Below, piece by piece: positions 32,001-44,238 of a stretch of DNA of 64,000 nt. The translations under genes were made by a program, and so were the position numbers. Origin of the DNA: Selaginella moellendorffii (taxonomy: Eukaryota; Plantae; Lycopodiophyta). A model generated the notes under the pieces. It did no database searches. It was not told the DNA's origin and saw only the letters and a list, made by a program, of their open reading frames with translations. Positions within the stretch are counted from its first letter, which is position 1; every line of letters starts with the position of its first letter. The DNA is taken from the NCBI RefSeq assembly GCF_000143415.4, contig NW_003314316.1, positions 62,001-126,000 of the forward strand, read 5' to 3'.

Positions 32001-35000
32001 GTGAATGCCGGTGGCGCTTCGAGTTTTGTATCTCGAGTGACTGGATTTTTCAGTGCTGATGTAATCGGGGGGTCATTCTCGTTGGAAGTCAGCGATAATT
32101 TGGAAGAGATCGATCTCGGCCAAAGGTTCGAGATCAGGGTAGGCTTTGAGAATTTGTTGTTCTTCATAGTCGTCGAGGCCATCTTCGAGATTATATTCTT
32201 CCAAGTCAATAGGTCGGTTGTGGCTGGACAGCAATTTGGTCGCTTTTGTCAACACGGTTGTCGGTCCGTTTGGTCCTCGAAGGATAAGATTGTCATTGGG
32301 CCAGTCTTGATAAACTTGGGCAGTTTGAAGCCAAGGTCGACCGAGGAGAATCAAGTATCCGTCGGTCTGCTTCAGTAGTTTGAGGATGACATAGTTGACT
32401 GGTATTTTGATGCCTTGAATGGTGGTGTTGACTTTTCGAATGATGCCTTTGGGTTGAACAGATTGGTGGTCGGCCATTCGGACATTGAAAGGTGCTGGTT
32501 GGACTAGGCTGATGTTGAGTTGTTGAACAAGACTTTCTTCAATAATATTAACGCTGGAGCCGCCGTCAATTATGGCTCCTCGAACAAGGTGTTTGTCCAG
32601 TCGTAGGTTGATTGTCGGAACATCATTGTCACAATCGCCTGGTTGAATCTCGGCTCGAAATGTGTCAACATCTGTCTGTATCGAGTTGAGTGTGGGTGAG
32701 TCTGTCAAAGTGTTGGTCGGTGCAGATGTCAGATCAGTGAGCTGTTTGGTGAGGTAGGGTGCAATCTTCAACAGTTGGCCGATGGTGATTTGAATATTTC
32801 GGTTGAGGATAGTCTCTGCTACTTCTTGGATTTTGTCGAAGTTTGCCAAATTGTGTTCTGGTGTCGGTGTCGATGTTGGACGATTTGTCTGTCGGTTTTC
32901 TGGTATTGAGTCTTGGCATTGTTGCCGAGCTGGTGATGGTTGAGCTTCATTGTCAGAGTCTAAAATCACTAATTCGGGTGGTTGTAGAGCGAGTTGCCAT
33001 TGTATCTTGGCAGCTAACTTCTGCTTCTTTTTCCATTCCTAGAGTTTTGTTGGGCTCTCAGGGCCTTTCTCTTCACTATCTGCGGAATCTCTGTCTGGTT
33101 GTTGTTGTTTTTCTGCTCAAATTTGTGCTCGAGTTTGTACTGCCATGACTTGAGGATCTAAGTCATCATTGTTGGCATAAGGTAGTTCATCAGTCTCGAC
33201 CATCCTTGTTGTTGGTGGTTGCTGCTAGTTCTGATCTTGTTGTCGAGGAGGCGGCGGACCAAGTCTTGGCGGACTGCCCTAGTTTTGAAGTCGAGGTTGC
33301 CATGGTCGGTTGTTGTAGTTGCCTTGGTAGGCCTGGTCTTGATAACCTTGGCCTTGGTATCTTTGGTTCTGGTATCTTGGGTATTGTTGGTATCCTTGGT
33401 TGTAGTTGTCTTGGTTTGCTGGGTAGTTCCGGTTTGGCAGGTGTTGTCGATCGTTGTAATTGTTGTTGTAGTCGTTGTTGTAATTGTTGTAGTTGTTGTA
33501 GCGAGGTTGATCATTCCATTGTTGACTCTGGTGTTGGAAGTTGTTTCTCGGCGGTCTCCAGTTTGTCGGAGGTTGTGCCTGGTAATTGTCGAAGTATTGA
33601 TTTGGATATGGTTGTCGAAACTGCTGTCGGGGATAGTTCAAGACTTGTCGAACTTCTGGAGAATTTCGAAATCTGCAAGTCTTGGCATCATGACCTTCTT
33701 TGGTACAGATCTGGCATTTGGAGATTTGGAGCTTGCAGTCACTTGCCGGATGTCCTTCGTTCTTGCACTTAGTACACCAAATTCCAGATTGAAATTCTTT
33801 GATGTCGGCCTTGGCTTTTCCCTTGAGCTTGTCAATTGTTTTCCTAAGTTTCCGAAGTTTTGACTTGGTGCTCTCTCCGAGTTCATCGTCGGAGTTGTCG
33901 TCGGAACTGCTATCAGAATCTGAGTTATCCGTGTCATCTACTTGTGCTGTCATTCGTCGAGCTTGAACATCTTGAAGGGCTCTTGCGAGTTTGAGATAAG
34001 TGGCAACGTTGATGTGTGTTGCCGCTTCTCGGAGGGATCGTCGAAGGCCTTGCATGTACCATTGGTAAAGTAATGTTTCGGTGGCATTGTTGCCGCATTT
34101 GCTAGCATGTCGAGTGAAGGTTTGAGTGTAGTCATCTATGGATTGACCAAACTTCTGCTTGAGTTTTTGGATCTTGTGAAGTCATTGGCTTTGAGTGAGG
34201 GAACACTTGAATCGGTCTACAAGCTTGAGTGTGAGGTCGTCGAAACTTGTATTTTGAGGAAGTGTTTGAGCCCATTCGTTGGCTCTCTTTCGAAGGGTAC
34301 ATCGGAAGTAGTATGGAAGTTCGGTCGTCTGGCTGTTAATTCAGATTGCTTCTCGAAACTGTTCAACATGTTTCTCGGCATCTTTTGACTTCAGACCATG
34401 AAATAGTGGATAGGAGACATGTCTTCCGACAGGTATGTTGGCAACGGTAGTAGTGACTGCCATTTGCTGTTGGTAGTAATGTTGGTATTGTCGAGGTTGT
34501 TTTGTCAGGTTGTCACCGTGGAGTCCTAAGGTGATTTGTAGCAAGGGGTTGTTGGGGTTGATGGCAAAGTTGGTGTAAGAGGAAGGTGGTGAATTGTTGT
34601 TGTTATTTAGTGGACTCTTCTCTGTTTTTTCTTCTGTATTAGGACTGTTTTCGGGTGTGTCATCGATGTCGTCGTCGGTGTCGGGTTGCTTGCCGGTGTT
34701 GATTTTCGGAAGATGGTGCTCGAACTTGTTGTCGACATACTTGTTGGAGTTATGTTGTGTTGGTTGTGGTTGTTCGTCTAAATTGTCAAACAGTTCTTCA
34801 AACGTATAATTGTGTGGTGACTGTGGTTGCTGTGGAAGATTGTTGTCGTTGACGATTGGTTCGTCGATCTCGTTGTTGTTGGATGATTGTAGCTGTTTGG
34901 CAGCTTGGTGTGAGTTGTTGACGTCGAGTGCTTGACTATTGGACGATTTGAGTTGTTTGTCTTTACTGCTGTTGACTGGGTATATCGGAGTGCGACTGTA

Positions 35001-35360
35001 ATTGGTGAAGTCAAGTTGTTGTCTCATCGGCGCGTTGAAGTCGAAAGCGTGTTCGAAAGGTCTTGCTGATAGCAGGCTTCGGTAGATGTTGGAAGCAAAT
35101 GTGGGATATATTGGTGTTGTGAAGATCGGTCGGTATGGCGAAAACGGTGCTGGTCTGGTGAAGTCTGTGAAGCTGGGCAGGAAACTTGGTTGTTCGTCAT
35201 CACTGTAGATGGGGTTGGTGAATATACCTTTGAAGTGGTTGTATGCTGCTTGAAAAATGTTTTGTTGCTCGGGAGTAGTCTGTGTCGACTGCTCGAATGT
35301 TCGGTCGGGCTCGGGCACTCTGGTGGGTGCCGTCAAGGGTGTTGATTCAGGCTTGGGCAC
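29016..35360 (-). pseudogene. gag-pol of the non-chromovirus Gypsy element (Gag with two CCHC knuckles, PR, RT, RH, INT), with stops and frameshifts
   Basis: CTKCKNEGHPASDC and CQICTKEGHDAKTC; AIIDGGSSVN; RT 31829-31000; RH ALGMIYSLQKFRHYIL; INT H..GHF, C..C, FQKWGLDFIGP, VTDRGTHF; WQGPF. Confidence 0.93.
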
Positions 35361-35653
35361 TTCGGTGGGTGCCGTCGAGGGTGCTGCTGGTGGTGTGTCT
35401 GGTGGTGTTGTGTAGTTGTCATATTCTTCGCAGATGTCTGATACTGGTTCGTCGGAGTTAGCTCACGGTAATAATTCGTGTCAGATGTAATTCTCTCTCT
35501 TGGAGGGTCTAACAATTTAATTCAACTTCTCTTGGTCTTTCTTTCTCTTTGTTTCTAAATTCTTCAAATCTCTATCTAAACGTCGGATAAGCCGTTATCG
35601 GTCTTCTTCCGACTTGCTGGATGTTCTTTGTGGTTTTGGATACATGCATTCTT

Positions 35654-36676
35654 CTACTGGTTGTCGGTGTTAGATTCATGTCTGCAGTCAATCATGCAAT
35701 TCGGGCAGAACTTCAGGAAGACTGTTGGCGGGCCAATTGTCAATAAAGTCATTGTGAGCTTGTTTTTTCTTTTCAGTGCAAATATTGACGGTGGTGCATG
35801 TTGGGTTGGGTTGTGTTCAGCTGAGTTGTGTTGGGTCGAGTGTGCTGGTGCAGTATGCAGACTGGTCTTCCACTTGCTGGTGCCAAGATGGAGTTCGATG
35901 AAGAGTTTCGGATATTTGGGTTTGTCTGGAATGATTTCTTCGATAATGTCGTCGAGTTGTTCGAGTCTGGATTGGGTGATGGCGTGATTGGCGAGAGTTG
36001 TTGCAGCGAACGTGTTGATTTTGAACCGAGTTCGGACTGTTGTTTCGGGTTGTCGAAAAATCGGTGGTGCATTGTCAAGTTGTCCCTCGACGAGTTCTCC
36101 AATACCGGGTAATAGAGTGATAGGTTCGTCATTGGTGTAGGTTCTGAGGATGTGCTTCGGTATTTGGAATGGGCACAGGAATTGGAATTGTGTTGGAGTG
36201 CTAGGATTGCTAGGTCGACGACTGCACGGAAGATGGGTTTGTTTCGGTAGTGGTGTCGGTTTGTGTCGAGGGTGCTGGTTGATGTCTCGAGCTTGGAGTG
36301 GGTGGTCTTGTGCTTGGAGATGGAGTTCACCAATGAAGCTGTTGAAGGCGTCTGCTGATGAAGGTGCTGGTAGATTGGAGTTTCTTGTCAAAGAGGGCTG
36401 TTAGTGGTCTTCGTTGGTGATTGGACTTGGAGATCTTGAGAGAGAGCTTTCAGATTCTTCAAAGATCTCCTCTGGGAAGCGTCTGCCTCTACTGCGTTGG
36501 ACGGCGACTGCTTGGACACCATTGATCCATGTTGGTGGTGGCATTTGCTTGTTGAATTTGGGCGAATTGGGTAGCGAATTTTGGCGAGTTGGGTAGATTG
36601 CTTGATCATTCTTGCTATCTGCGCACAAAGAATGGAGAAAGAATAGAAGAATTTGTGAACCTAAAGGGGAATTCAA
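35654..36676 (-). CDS. Extra ORF(s) between PBS and gag, unknown function
   Basis: 245-aa open frame 36391-35654 with a globular-looking core and a CPNC..C.H tail; shorter frame 36676-36401. Confidence 0.45.
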
Positions 36677-36966
36677 AAGTTGTGGTCGCCAAATGAAGAG
36701 GTGTGAAAACTCCTCTTTGCTGGAAATCTATTGTTAGTAAAAAAACAAAAGAGAAAAGAGCCTGATCTCCAATGGCTGAGAAGAAGCATGAGTAAAAGAA
36801 TGTTGTGTATTAATAAAAAAAATGATGGAATGGAGATAGGGATCCACAATTTGGATTCCCCCTTTTGAAAGGCATACTATATGCTGTGCATGATTTAATT
36901 TATGGCTCCAATGCAGCTTTAGGTTCAAAGTCAGAGTCCTCTGAGCTTAGGTTTTTGGTTGATACA

Positions 36967-37607
36967 TGTTCCCAGAAGAGTCATGAAAGGGATCCCACAC
37001 ATTAGACGAAAGCTGGTAAAAAGATCATGAACAAGATCTTAGAAGATGATGTTGAGCACTAAATCATGTAGAAAAACAATTATCAAACACACTATGGTGC
37101 AAAAGTAGCCACAAGCTTGAAAGCATCCAGGAAAAAATCCACTTATGTGTATTCGAAGTAGCTCTTGAAGGTGGCCATGAGAACCACACTGCCCACCACC
37201 ACATCATAGAAGCTCGGCAAGATCCAGTCAGACCTTCTCGTCCTTGATATAATTCTTGAGCTCCACGCTCATCTCCCTCCCCAGGAGCCCATAGTCGGCG
37301 CTGTGGAGCGCGGCCGCCTGGGACACAACCAGCTCCTTCTTGCCCTTGTGATCAACAAAGATCGATTGCAGTGCCTCGGCGTTGCCATTGATGAAGGATC
37401 CAAACTGGACGGCGATGGCGAGCCACAGATTATGGTGGTCACTGTAAGCTCTGATGGCGCACGCCACAAAGCCATTCTTCGCTGGATGGAAGGCACTCGC
37501 ATCGACGCTAGTGCCTTAGCGGCCCTCCCCCTGAATTCCTCCAAGAAATGGCCGCTCTTGGGCTGGGATTTCGGCAGCTTGGACGGCTCATTCTTAAACG
37601 TCACCAT
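36967..37607 (-). pseudogene. DUF4419 pseudogene, 5' part (exon 1 frameshifted, donor mutated, start of exon 2)
   Basis: MVTF..GHFLEEF; AIRAYSDHHNLWLAIAVQF; donor reads AC/ATAAGT; exon 2 FRLMCGIPFMTLLG ends at the TSD. Confidence 0.88.
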
Positions 37608-37715
37608 TCTCGAGTTCTAGAGCTCATAGATTTTAGAAACTTTAAATTCTAAATCTAGAATTTCATACAAACTTTAAAGGTAAACACATTTTTAGTAGAT
37701 TGATCAGCAGCTCGA

Positions 37716-39020
37716 TCAACCAGAAGAACCAGCCTGCAAAGTCCCCGAAAGAAAAACCATGTAAAAGAAGCGCTAGAAATCGTTCATGGCTTACCTTGGC
37801 CTTCTTGAGCTTGTTCTTGAGAGTTATAGCCCAGACAACCTTGGGAGCAATCCCTTTGTCATCGTTCTGGACGATCTCAAATCCCATATGCCCCGCAAAC
37901 ATGAAAGCCTCGTAAGTTTTCCCGTTGTCGTCCACCTTGACATCCACCGTGAGGTAGCCGGAAGGAATGCTGCCGCTCAAGATACACGGATACTCCATCT
38001 TCGCAGTGTTATCTCGTCCCAATCTTCTGACCGGATGAACTTCAGGAACGTCACCCTGCCATTCCCCCTTCTTGTCAAAGACGCAAAACGCAGAGATCCA
38101 ACCGGAAGTGTAACTCGGGCCTGATCCTCCTCCATAGTGGTGGCAAATCTTGTTCCAAAACTCCGTGTCAACGTTGCCTTTGCTGCTGTCTACGAACTGA
38201 GCAGTGATTTTCTTGAGCATGACGCGCCACTTCTTGCAATTCTCACCATACTTGTCCAGCTCGTCCACTCTCAGATCGATTTCCTCCCAGTCCTCGGTTG
38301 TTCCCAGAAGAGTCACGAAAGGGATCCCGCAGGCTAGACGAAACCTGGAACAATACAAGTTGTTAGCTTTAAAGACAAGTGCTAAATCACGTAGAAACAA
38401 ACATGGCCAACATGAAACCATGCGAACGCCGAAGCAAGGAAGGAAAGAATACAAAGAGCAAAAGAGGAAAAATCCATGAAGAACACTTGCCTGTATTCGA
38501 AGTAGCTCTTGAAGGTGGCCATGAGAACCACACTCCCGGCGATCACATCGTTCTTGGTCGTAGTTGAGAAGCTCGGCAAGATCCAGTCACAGACCTTCTC
38601 GTCCTTGACATTCTTCTTGAGCTCCACGCTCATCTCCCTCGCCAGGAGCCCATAGTCGGCGCTGTGGAGCGCCGCCACCTGGGACACAACCAGCTCCTTC
38701 TTGCCCTCGTGATCCACAAAGATGGATCGCAGCGCCTCAGCATTGCCGTCGACAAAGAATCCAAACTGTACAGCGATGGCGAGCCACACATCGTCGGGCC
38801 GGATCACCAGATTGTGGTGGCAGCTGTAAGCTCTGATCACGCTCGTGACGAAGCCATTCTTCACCGGATGGAAGGCGCTCGCGTCGACACTGGTGCCCTG
38901 CAACACCTGGTAGCAGCCCTCCTCCTGGAAATCTTTGAATCCCTCCAGGAAATGGCCGTGCTGGGGCCTAGATCTCGGCACCACGGCTGGCTCCTTCTCG
39001 GAGACCCTAAATGTCACCAT
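37716..39020 (-). CDS. DUF4419-domain protein, intact; exons 39020-38491, 38344-37795, 37733-37716
   Basis: Same motifs as 18629-19919; AG/GCAAGT donor at 38490; 61-bp GT-AG intron 37794-37734, then AGSSG*. Confidence 0.88.
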
Positions 39021-39199
39021 TCCCTCCTCCGTCTCGAGCTTGCGGCCTAGGGTTTATAAGGAAATTTTAAATTCTTAAAAGATTCCAAAAGATTCTAAGA
39101 GCGTTTAATTGGTTAATTGCTGCTTGTAATTTACACTAGAACAAGTTCTTGAGGAGATTTCTCTCTGGATTTCTTCTTCGATCGTCCGCCGCCACGCGA

Positions 39200-40995
39200 T
39201 CAGCACAAGAGTCTTCGCGCAGCCCTGTTATACCTGGAAACGTCCGACCTCATGCTCTTGCACGCCTTCTCCAGCTCTCCAACCTTGAAATGGATTTGAT
39301 CCAGATCGCTGCGGAGGAGCTCGTGTGTTCCAGCGCTTTGATCCGGGATGTCCGACTGCGTTCTTCGGTGGCTTCCACCTCTCGAGCCCCTGTGGTCCGA
39401 TCTGACGATGCATTCTCGAAGCCGGCCCTGCTGGAACGAGAGAACTTCCAGCACGAACATTGACGGCAGCCTCGGGTTCTTTGCGATGTGCTTGCATGCA
39501 TCGAGCGAGAGCTTTCCAACATCCAGCACCTGACAAAGCGATAGAACTTCCGCGCTCATTACGTCGGGATGTGCCTGAGTGAAGAAAGAACAGAGATGCT
39601 TATTAGCTGTCAAAAGAGAGAACTTAGAGACGTAGATACCTCTAAGTAGGAGTCCACCGCTCGGTAGAGGCCATCGTGAGTCCACCTCGCTGACGCTGGT
39701 AGCGCTTGCGCAAGCCTGCGAAACCTGTGTACTTTCAAGCTTGTGTCCGGGGCAATCTCCGCGAGGTAAGTGTCGATCAAGTCTCCGACTCTAATCACTG
39801 GCGTCTCCATCACTGCTGCGGCGTCTCCCGGTGGATTTTGCTGCTTGAGACACAGAGCTCCCCTCGAGTCCTGCTCCCGGAAGAAGTACTCCACCAGGCG
39901 GATGACCAAGTCGACGTCGAAGAGCGAGCCGGAGCGGGGATACAAAGGCAGCAGGATGCTGTCTAGATTCACGTCGTGTAGCTGCGAGCCGATCATCTTC
40001 TCTAGTTGCCGTTTGCACGGTTTGCTGGCGTTGAGGACGGTCGCCACTCTGAGCATGATGAAGAGAGACCGACAGGATGTAGACCCCCGCTCCAAGTGGA
40101 AGAAGAGGTTGACAATGGCCTCGAGGACTGCTACGTGAACCTTCTTCGAGCGGTTGTGTAAAGTTTCTTCGCGAGCGGACCTCAGCTTTGCAGAGAAGCC
40201 GCTGTAGAGATGGAGAGGGACAGCGGTCTTCAAGTAGTGCATCAAAAACCTGGCCAGGAGCTTGTTGTCCAAGTCGTTGTAGATCAGTGACTTGAGCAGT
40301 CTCTCCATCAGGAAAACCGAGAGCGATGAGACATCACTAAACCACCACGTCCGGCTGGGCGGAACCGTCGTTGACAGGGAAGACCTTCGAGAAATGCTGC
40401 CGCTGTGAAGCCGGTAAGAGTCTGGAGAGGAGGAGAGCGGGCTCATGTCTTCCAAGCTGCTACAAATCTTCCAGGCGATGGTGTCCGCACACCTCTGGAC
40501 AATGTGGGTCTTCTCCGCCAGCGGCAGTACGGCGTCGCAACCTTTGAGCACTGTAAGATTGCTATCCCAGTCGTTTCCCAGGTTTTGGAGATGCATCTCG
40601 GCCTGTTTAACCAAGTTTCCCCGAGCATAAGCTTCCGTCATTTCTAAAAACTCCCCAACACACCTGAGCACGGAGACGTTGGAGTTGGAGATGGCGATCC
40701 GTCCGCCATCGTAGCAGAATCTAGTGGCCAGTTCAAAGGCCTCACCCCCACCTGGAAAGTCGTGAAGAAGTATCCTAGGCAGACCACTGCCATCGCTTCT
40801 TAGAGTTACACGCCTAAATATCTTTGAGAGCCGACCAGAGTAAGTAGCGAGAGGTTTCTGTCAAACAAAGAAAAAGAGAAGAGATTCTCAGTAAAACTTC
40901 CAAAGAATCACAGAGAAGCCAAAGGCTACCTGGCGTAGAAAGAATGTGTGTTCCTCGTTCACTTGGATTTCCAAGTCGCACGGAGTATAATCCAT
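39200..40995 (-). CDS. BTB/POZ-NPH3 (NRL family) protein, ~552 aa; exons 40995-40930, 40857-39640, 39574-39200
   Basis: CDLEIQVNEEHTFFL; LHDFPGG.EAFELA.RFCY; EFLEMTE; WWFSD; FDVDLVIRL; LID.YLAEIAPD; THDGLYRAVDSYLE/AHP; KLSLDACKHIAKNPRLP. Confidence 0.92.
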
Positions 40996-42603
40996 GACTC
41001 TAGGCTCTTTGCAGACGAGACGAAGATCACCGCTCTTCATAGCTAGGCTCTTCAAGTTGGATCATAGAAGACGGGTCCTGTCACCAGATGTTTGTACAAA
41101 CACTTAGATAGATTAAGAGAAACTTCTTGCAATCCAGTGCGACAAGAAGACAAGAACACACCTCCAAGCACTAGTTCCATGCAATCCCATCGAAAATTCC
41201 CACGCCCCGTCGAAAGCAAGCAACAACAGCAAGCATCCAAACCCCTGGATTCACCGAAGACTCTTGATGATGGCTGGCCGCCGTCAGATCTCTGTCACCG
41301 AGAGGACGGAGGCGACAGGCACTGTAGCAACGAAATGGATGGAAAAACAAGCATGAAATTCCGAGCGAGGCTTTCCTTGATTCTTGACCCGCATTGGAGA
41401 GGGATCGGCCGCTTACCAGCAATCCGGGGCCAAATTCCCAAGCTCGCGCTCCACCGAGCAAAATGCCATGCAAGAAACGCCGATTCCTCCCCGGCGCCTG
41501 ACAATCTCGAGCTTCGCGCGCGCGAGCTCTCGCGATCCTCTCGCGATCCCCTCGCCCTAACCCTACCGCTCGCCCGGAAGAACGAAATAACGCGGCCACT
41601 GCGCGCTCGCAGGAGACGAAGAAGAAGAACCAAACCAACAGTGCACGCGCGATCAAACGAAGAACCCATCACACACGTGGCAAGATTGAAATCGTCGGAT
41701 TCAGCGCCGGGGAGAATCCAGGCCGCCAATCCTTAAACGGGCGCTAAAGTTTAACGAGGATCCGCGAGTTTTAATGGCGAAGATCTCTCCATAAGAAAAG
41801 GCTGGTAAAAAACTAAGGGCGTCGGCTAGCTTGGCAAACATGGTGGTGCATGTGAGGTAAACTTTGGCGTAAAAATCATCTAAACAATGCCATGGATCGC
41901 GGCCGTATGATCCATTCTCTGCCACAACGGCATGTGATCCTCTGTCCATAGCCAGATTATTCCTCGCTGTCCTCTGGAATATTTGTTGCGTCGTCACATC
42001 GATTACTCGCAAGAAACCGTAATTCCTCCTTTATATGTGTCTGGAACCCTAGAAACTTCCACCTTTCTGAAGAAGAAGTTACTGTCAGTGTTAGTTGGGG
42101 TAACAGTGAGTCAAAGGTTTTTAGATTTTTTATCTTGCAAATCTTTGATCCCATTACTGCTGCTGCCACTTTGTGATGAATGGATTGATTGGAACTGGAG
42201 GTTTCATGGAGGAGAACTTAGAAGTTCACTGTTTGACCAGTGGAAGTTACTGTTAGTGGTCAGTTCTTCTTTTGGGGTTCTTGTTTTTAAATCTTCTTGT
42301 TGCCTTGATTGATCCAAATCCACAGCTCCACTAGTGACATTGATTGGAACCCTGCGACCCCCATCGCCATCTGAATCATATCACGGTGGGCAACGCCTGA
42401 CTTGCCTTTGTACCAAACAATCTATAAAGTTTTGTAAAGAAAGTGAGAAAAAAGAGAAGACTAGGAGGGCGTGCGTGCCTGATGAAAGTGTCGCGGTACC
42501 ACTCCATAAAGCATCATTGTGTGTGACAGGAATCGAACCTTACGAGCATCTCCAGGCATATTCACATAGCAAGAAACAAAATGAAGGAATCTTTCATCAA
42601 GGA

Positions 42604-44220
42604 ATGCAAAGGATCTTGTCACAAAACTTTGCTGCCAGCATACGAAGCTGTGGAACTGCCAAGGATCTATCCCGTGGGATTTCACTCCACGAAAAAATCT
42701 TGGCCAGCAAGAGCTCTTGGTGTGATCGATACCTTGCGAATTTGTTGATCGACATGTATGGCCAGTGTGGGGATATACAGCGAGCGAGGGAGGTTTTCGA
42801 TAAGATTCCAAATCCAAACCAGTTCTCGTGGACGGCGTTGCTGGGCGCATATTCCCAGAACGGGCATATCCAAGAAGCGAAAGATGCGTTTGATGCTTCG
42901 GTGTCGAGAGACAGGGTATCTTGGAACTGTATGCTTTCAGCATATGCCCAAATTGGGCATCTTTCACGAGCTAGAGAAGTCTTTGCGAGAATGTCTTCCC
43001 TCGATGTAGTGACATGCAACGCAATGATCACGGCATATTCTCATCACGGTCATATTGAGGAGGCGGTCCACGTGTTTACATCCATGCCGCAGAGAAATGT
43101 GGTAACGTGGACGGCTATGATCACCGCAAATGCCGAGGCGAGGGACTTTGCGAGTGCTAGGGCTTTCTTCGATCGAATGCCCCAGTGTGATGTCGCGAGC
43201 TGGAACGCGACGATCCAGTGCGCGCAAGAGATTGGAGCGGTGAAAGCGCTCTTCGATCGATCGCCGGGGAAGAGCTGGATCACCTGGACAGCGCTGGCGC
43301 TGGCCCACGCGCAACAAGGTAACGATCTCCAGCAATGCCGGGAGGCCTTCTACCGGATGCCGCAGTGGACGCTAGGGTCGAGCAATGCGCTCGTCTCGGC
43401 GCTGGCCAGGAGCTCCAATCTGGAAGAATCGAGGCTCGTCTTCCACGCCATGCCCCATCGCGACCAAATCTCTTGGAATTCGCTGCTCCAGGGCTACATC
43501 GAGAATGGGCGCGCCCAGGAGGCCATGGCGGAGCTTCTCTCTGGAAGAATGCCTTGCTGGGATGTGGCTGCCTGGAACGCGATGCTCCAAGCATTTGTCC
43601 AGTCGGGGGATCTGGATTCTCTGGAGAAACTCTACAATCAAATGCCAGTGAAAGACGTGATCTCCTGGACGGCTATGGTGGTCGCATTCTCAGAAGGAGG
43701 AAACATCGATCAAGCCAAACATTTCTTCGATCAAATGATCACCCGGGATCTCGTCGCGTGGAACTCGATGATCAAAGCATTTGCCAACACTGGGCTCTTG
43801 TCCGACGCTGTTGGCTTCCTCTACGCGATGCTCCAGGAGGGGATCAAGCCCAACGATCACACTTACAGGGGGATTCTCAGCGGCTGCAGCCACGCCGGGC
43901 TCCCGGAGGAATGTCGGATCCATTTCTTGAGCATGGTGGCAGATCACGCCATCGCTCCGGAGCTGGATCACTACTGCTGCGTGGTGGACAGCTTGGGGCG
44001 ATCCAAGCGCCTCGACTGGGCGGAGGAGCTCGTCCAGAGCATGCCTTACGTTCCCAACGAGGTGGCATGGACGAGCCTCCTTGGTGCTTGTCGAGTGTAT
44101 GGAGATGCCGAGCTGTTGGAGCGAGTGACCGGGCTCTCGCTGGAGGACGAGAGCGACACTGGGTCCTGGCCGGCTCCATACTTGCTCTTGTCCGATGGCT
44201 GGAAGAGTGTTCCAAAGTGA
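42604..44220 (+). CDS. PLS-class PPR protein with C-terminal E-type extension (organellar RNA-editing specificity factor), no DYW domain
   Basis: NLLIDMYGQCG; repeated D..SW.AM..AY; CSHAGL; HYCCVVDSLGR; MPYVPNEVAWTSLLGACR; PYLLL. ATG 42604 chosen; the frame is open from 42334. Confidence 0.9.
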   Translation: MQRILSQNFAASIRSCGTAKDLSRGISLHEKILASKSSWCDRYLANLLIDMYGQCGDIQRAREVFDKIPNPNQFSWTALLGAYSQNGHIQEAKDAFDASVSRDRVSWNCMLSAYAQIGHLSRAREVFARMSSLDVVTCNAMITAYSHHGHIEEAVHVFTSMPQRNVVTWTAMITANAEARDFASARAFFDRMPQCDVASWNATIQCAQEIGAVKALFDRSPGKSWITWTALALAHAQQGNDLQQCREAFYRMPQWTLGSSNALVSALARSSNLEESRLVFHAMPHRDQISWNSLLQGYIENGRAQEAMAELLSGRMPCWDVAAWNAMLQAFVQSGDLDSLEKLYNQMPVKDVISWTAMVVAFSEGGNIDQAKHFFDQMITRDLVAWNSMIKAFANTGLLSDAVGFLYAMLQEGIKPNDHTYRGILSGCSHAGLPEECRIHFLSMVADHAIAPELDHYCCVVDSLGRSKRLDWAEELVQSMPYVPNEVAWTSLLGACRVYGDAELLERVTGLSLEDESDTGSWPAPYLLLSDGWKSVPK

Positions 44221-44238
44221 TGGGATCAAAGCTTTCCA

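Larger units (their letters stand above)
25867..36966 (-). mobile_element. Full-length non-chromovirus Ty3/gypsy element (Athila/Tat-related, probably Selgy/Phygy-like) with extra 5' and 3' ORFs; degenerate
   Basis: LTRs 36694-36966 (5') and 25867-26161 (3'), roughly 90% identical; TSD TGTTC; PBS TGGCGACCACA 36681-36691 (tRNA-Arg type); PPT AGGGGAACAGAG 26162-26173; RT FAWSY.DLKG..H, WLSPLVVVPKKNG, YSFLDGFSGYNQI; no chromodomain or extra RNase H seen. Confidence 0.93.

Noticed and set aside
41050-41740. Overlapping 144-214 aa ORFs upstream of the NPH3 gene
   Set aside because: GC-rich 5' UTR/promoter sequence with low-complexity Arg/Ala translations.
42334-42603. N-terminal 90-aa extension of the first PPR ORF
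   Set aside because: Starts at GTG with no ATG before 42604; treated as untranslated unless an upstream exon exists.
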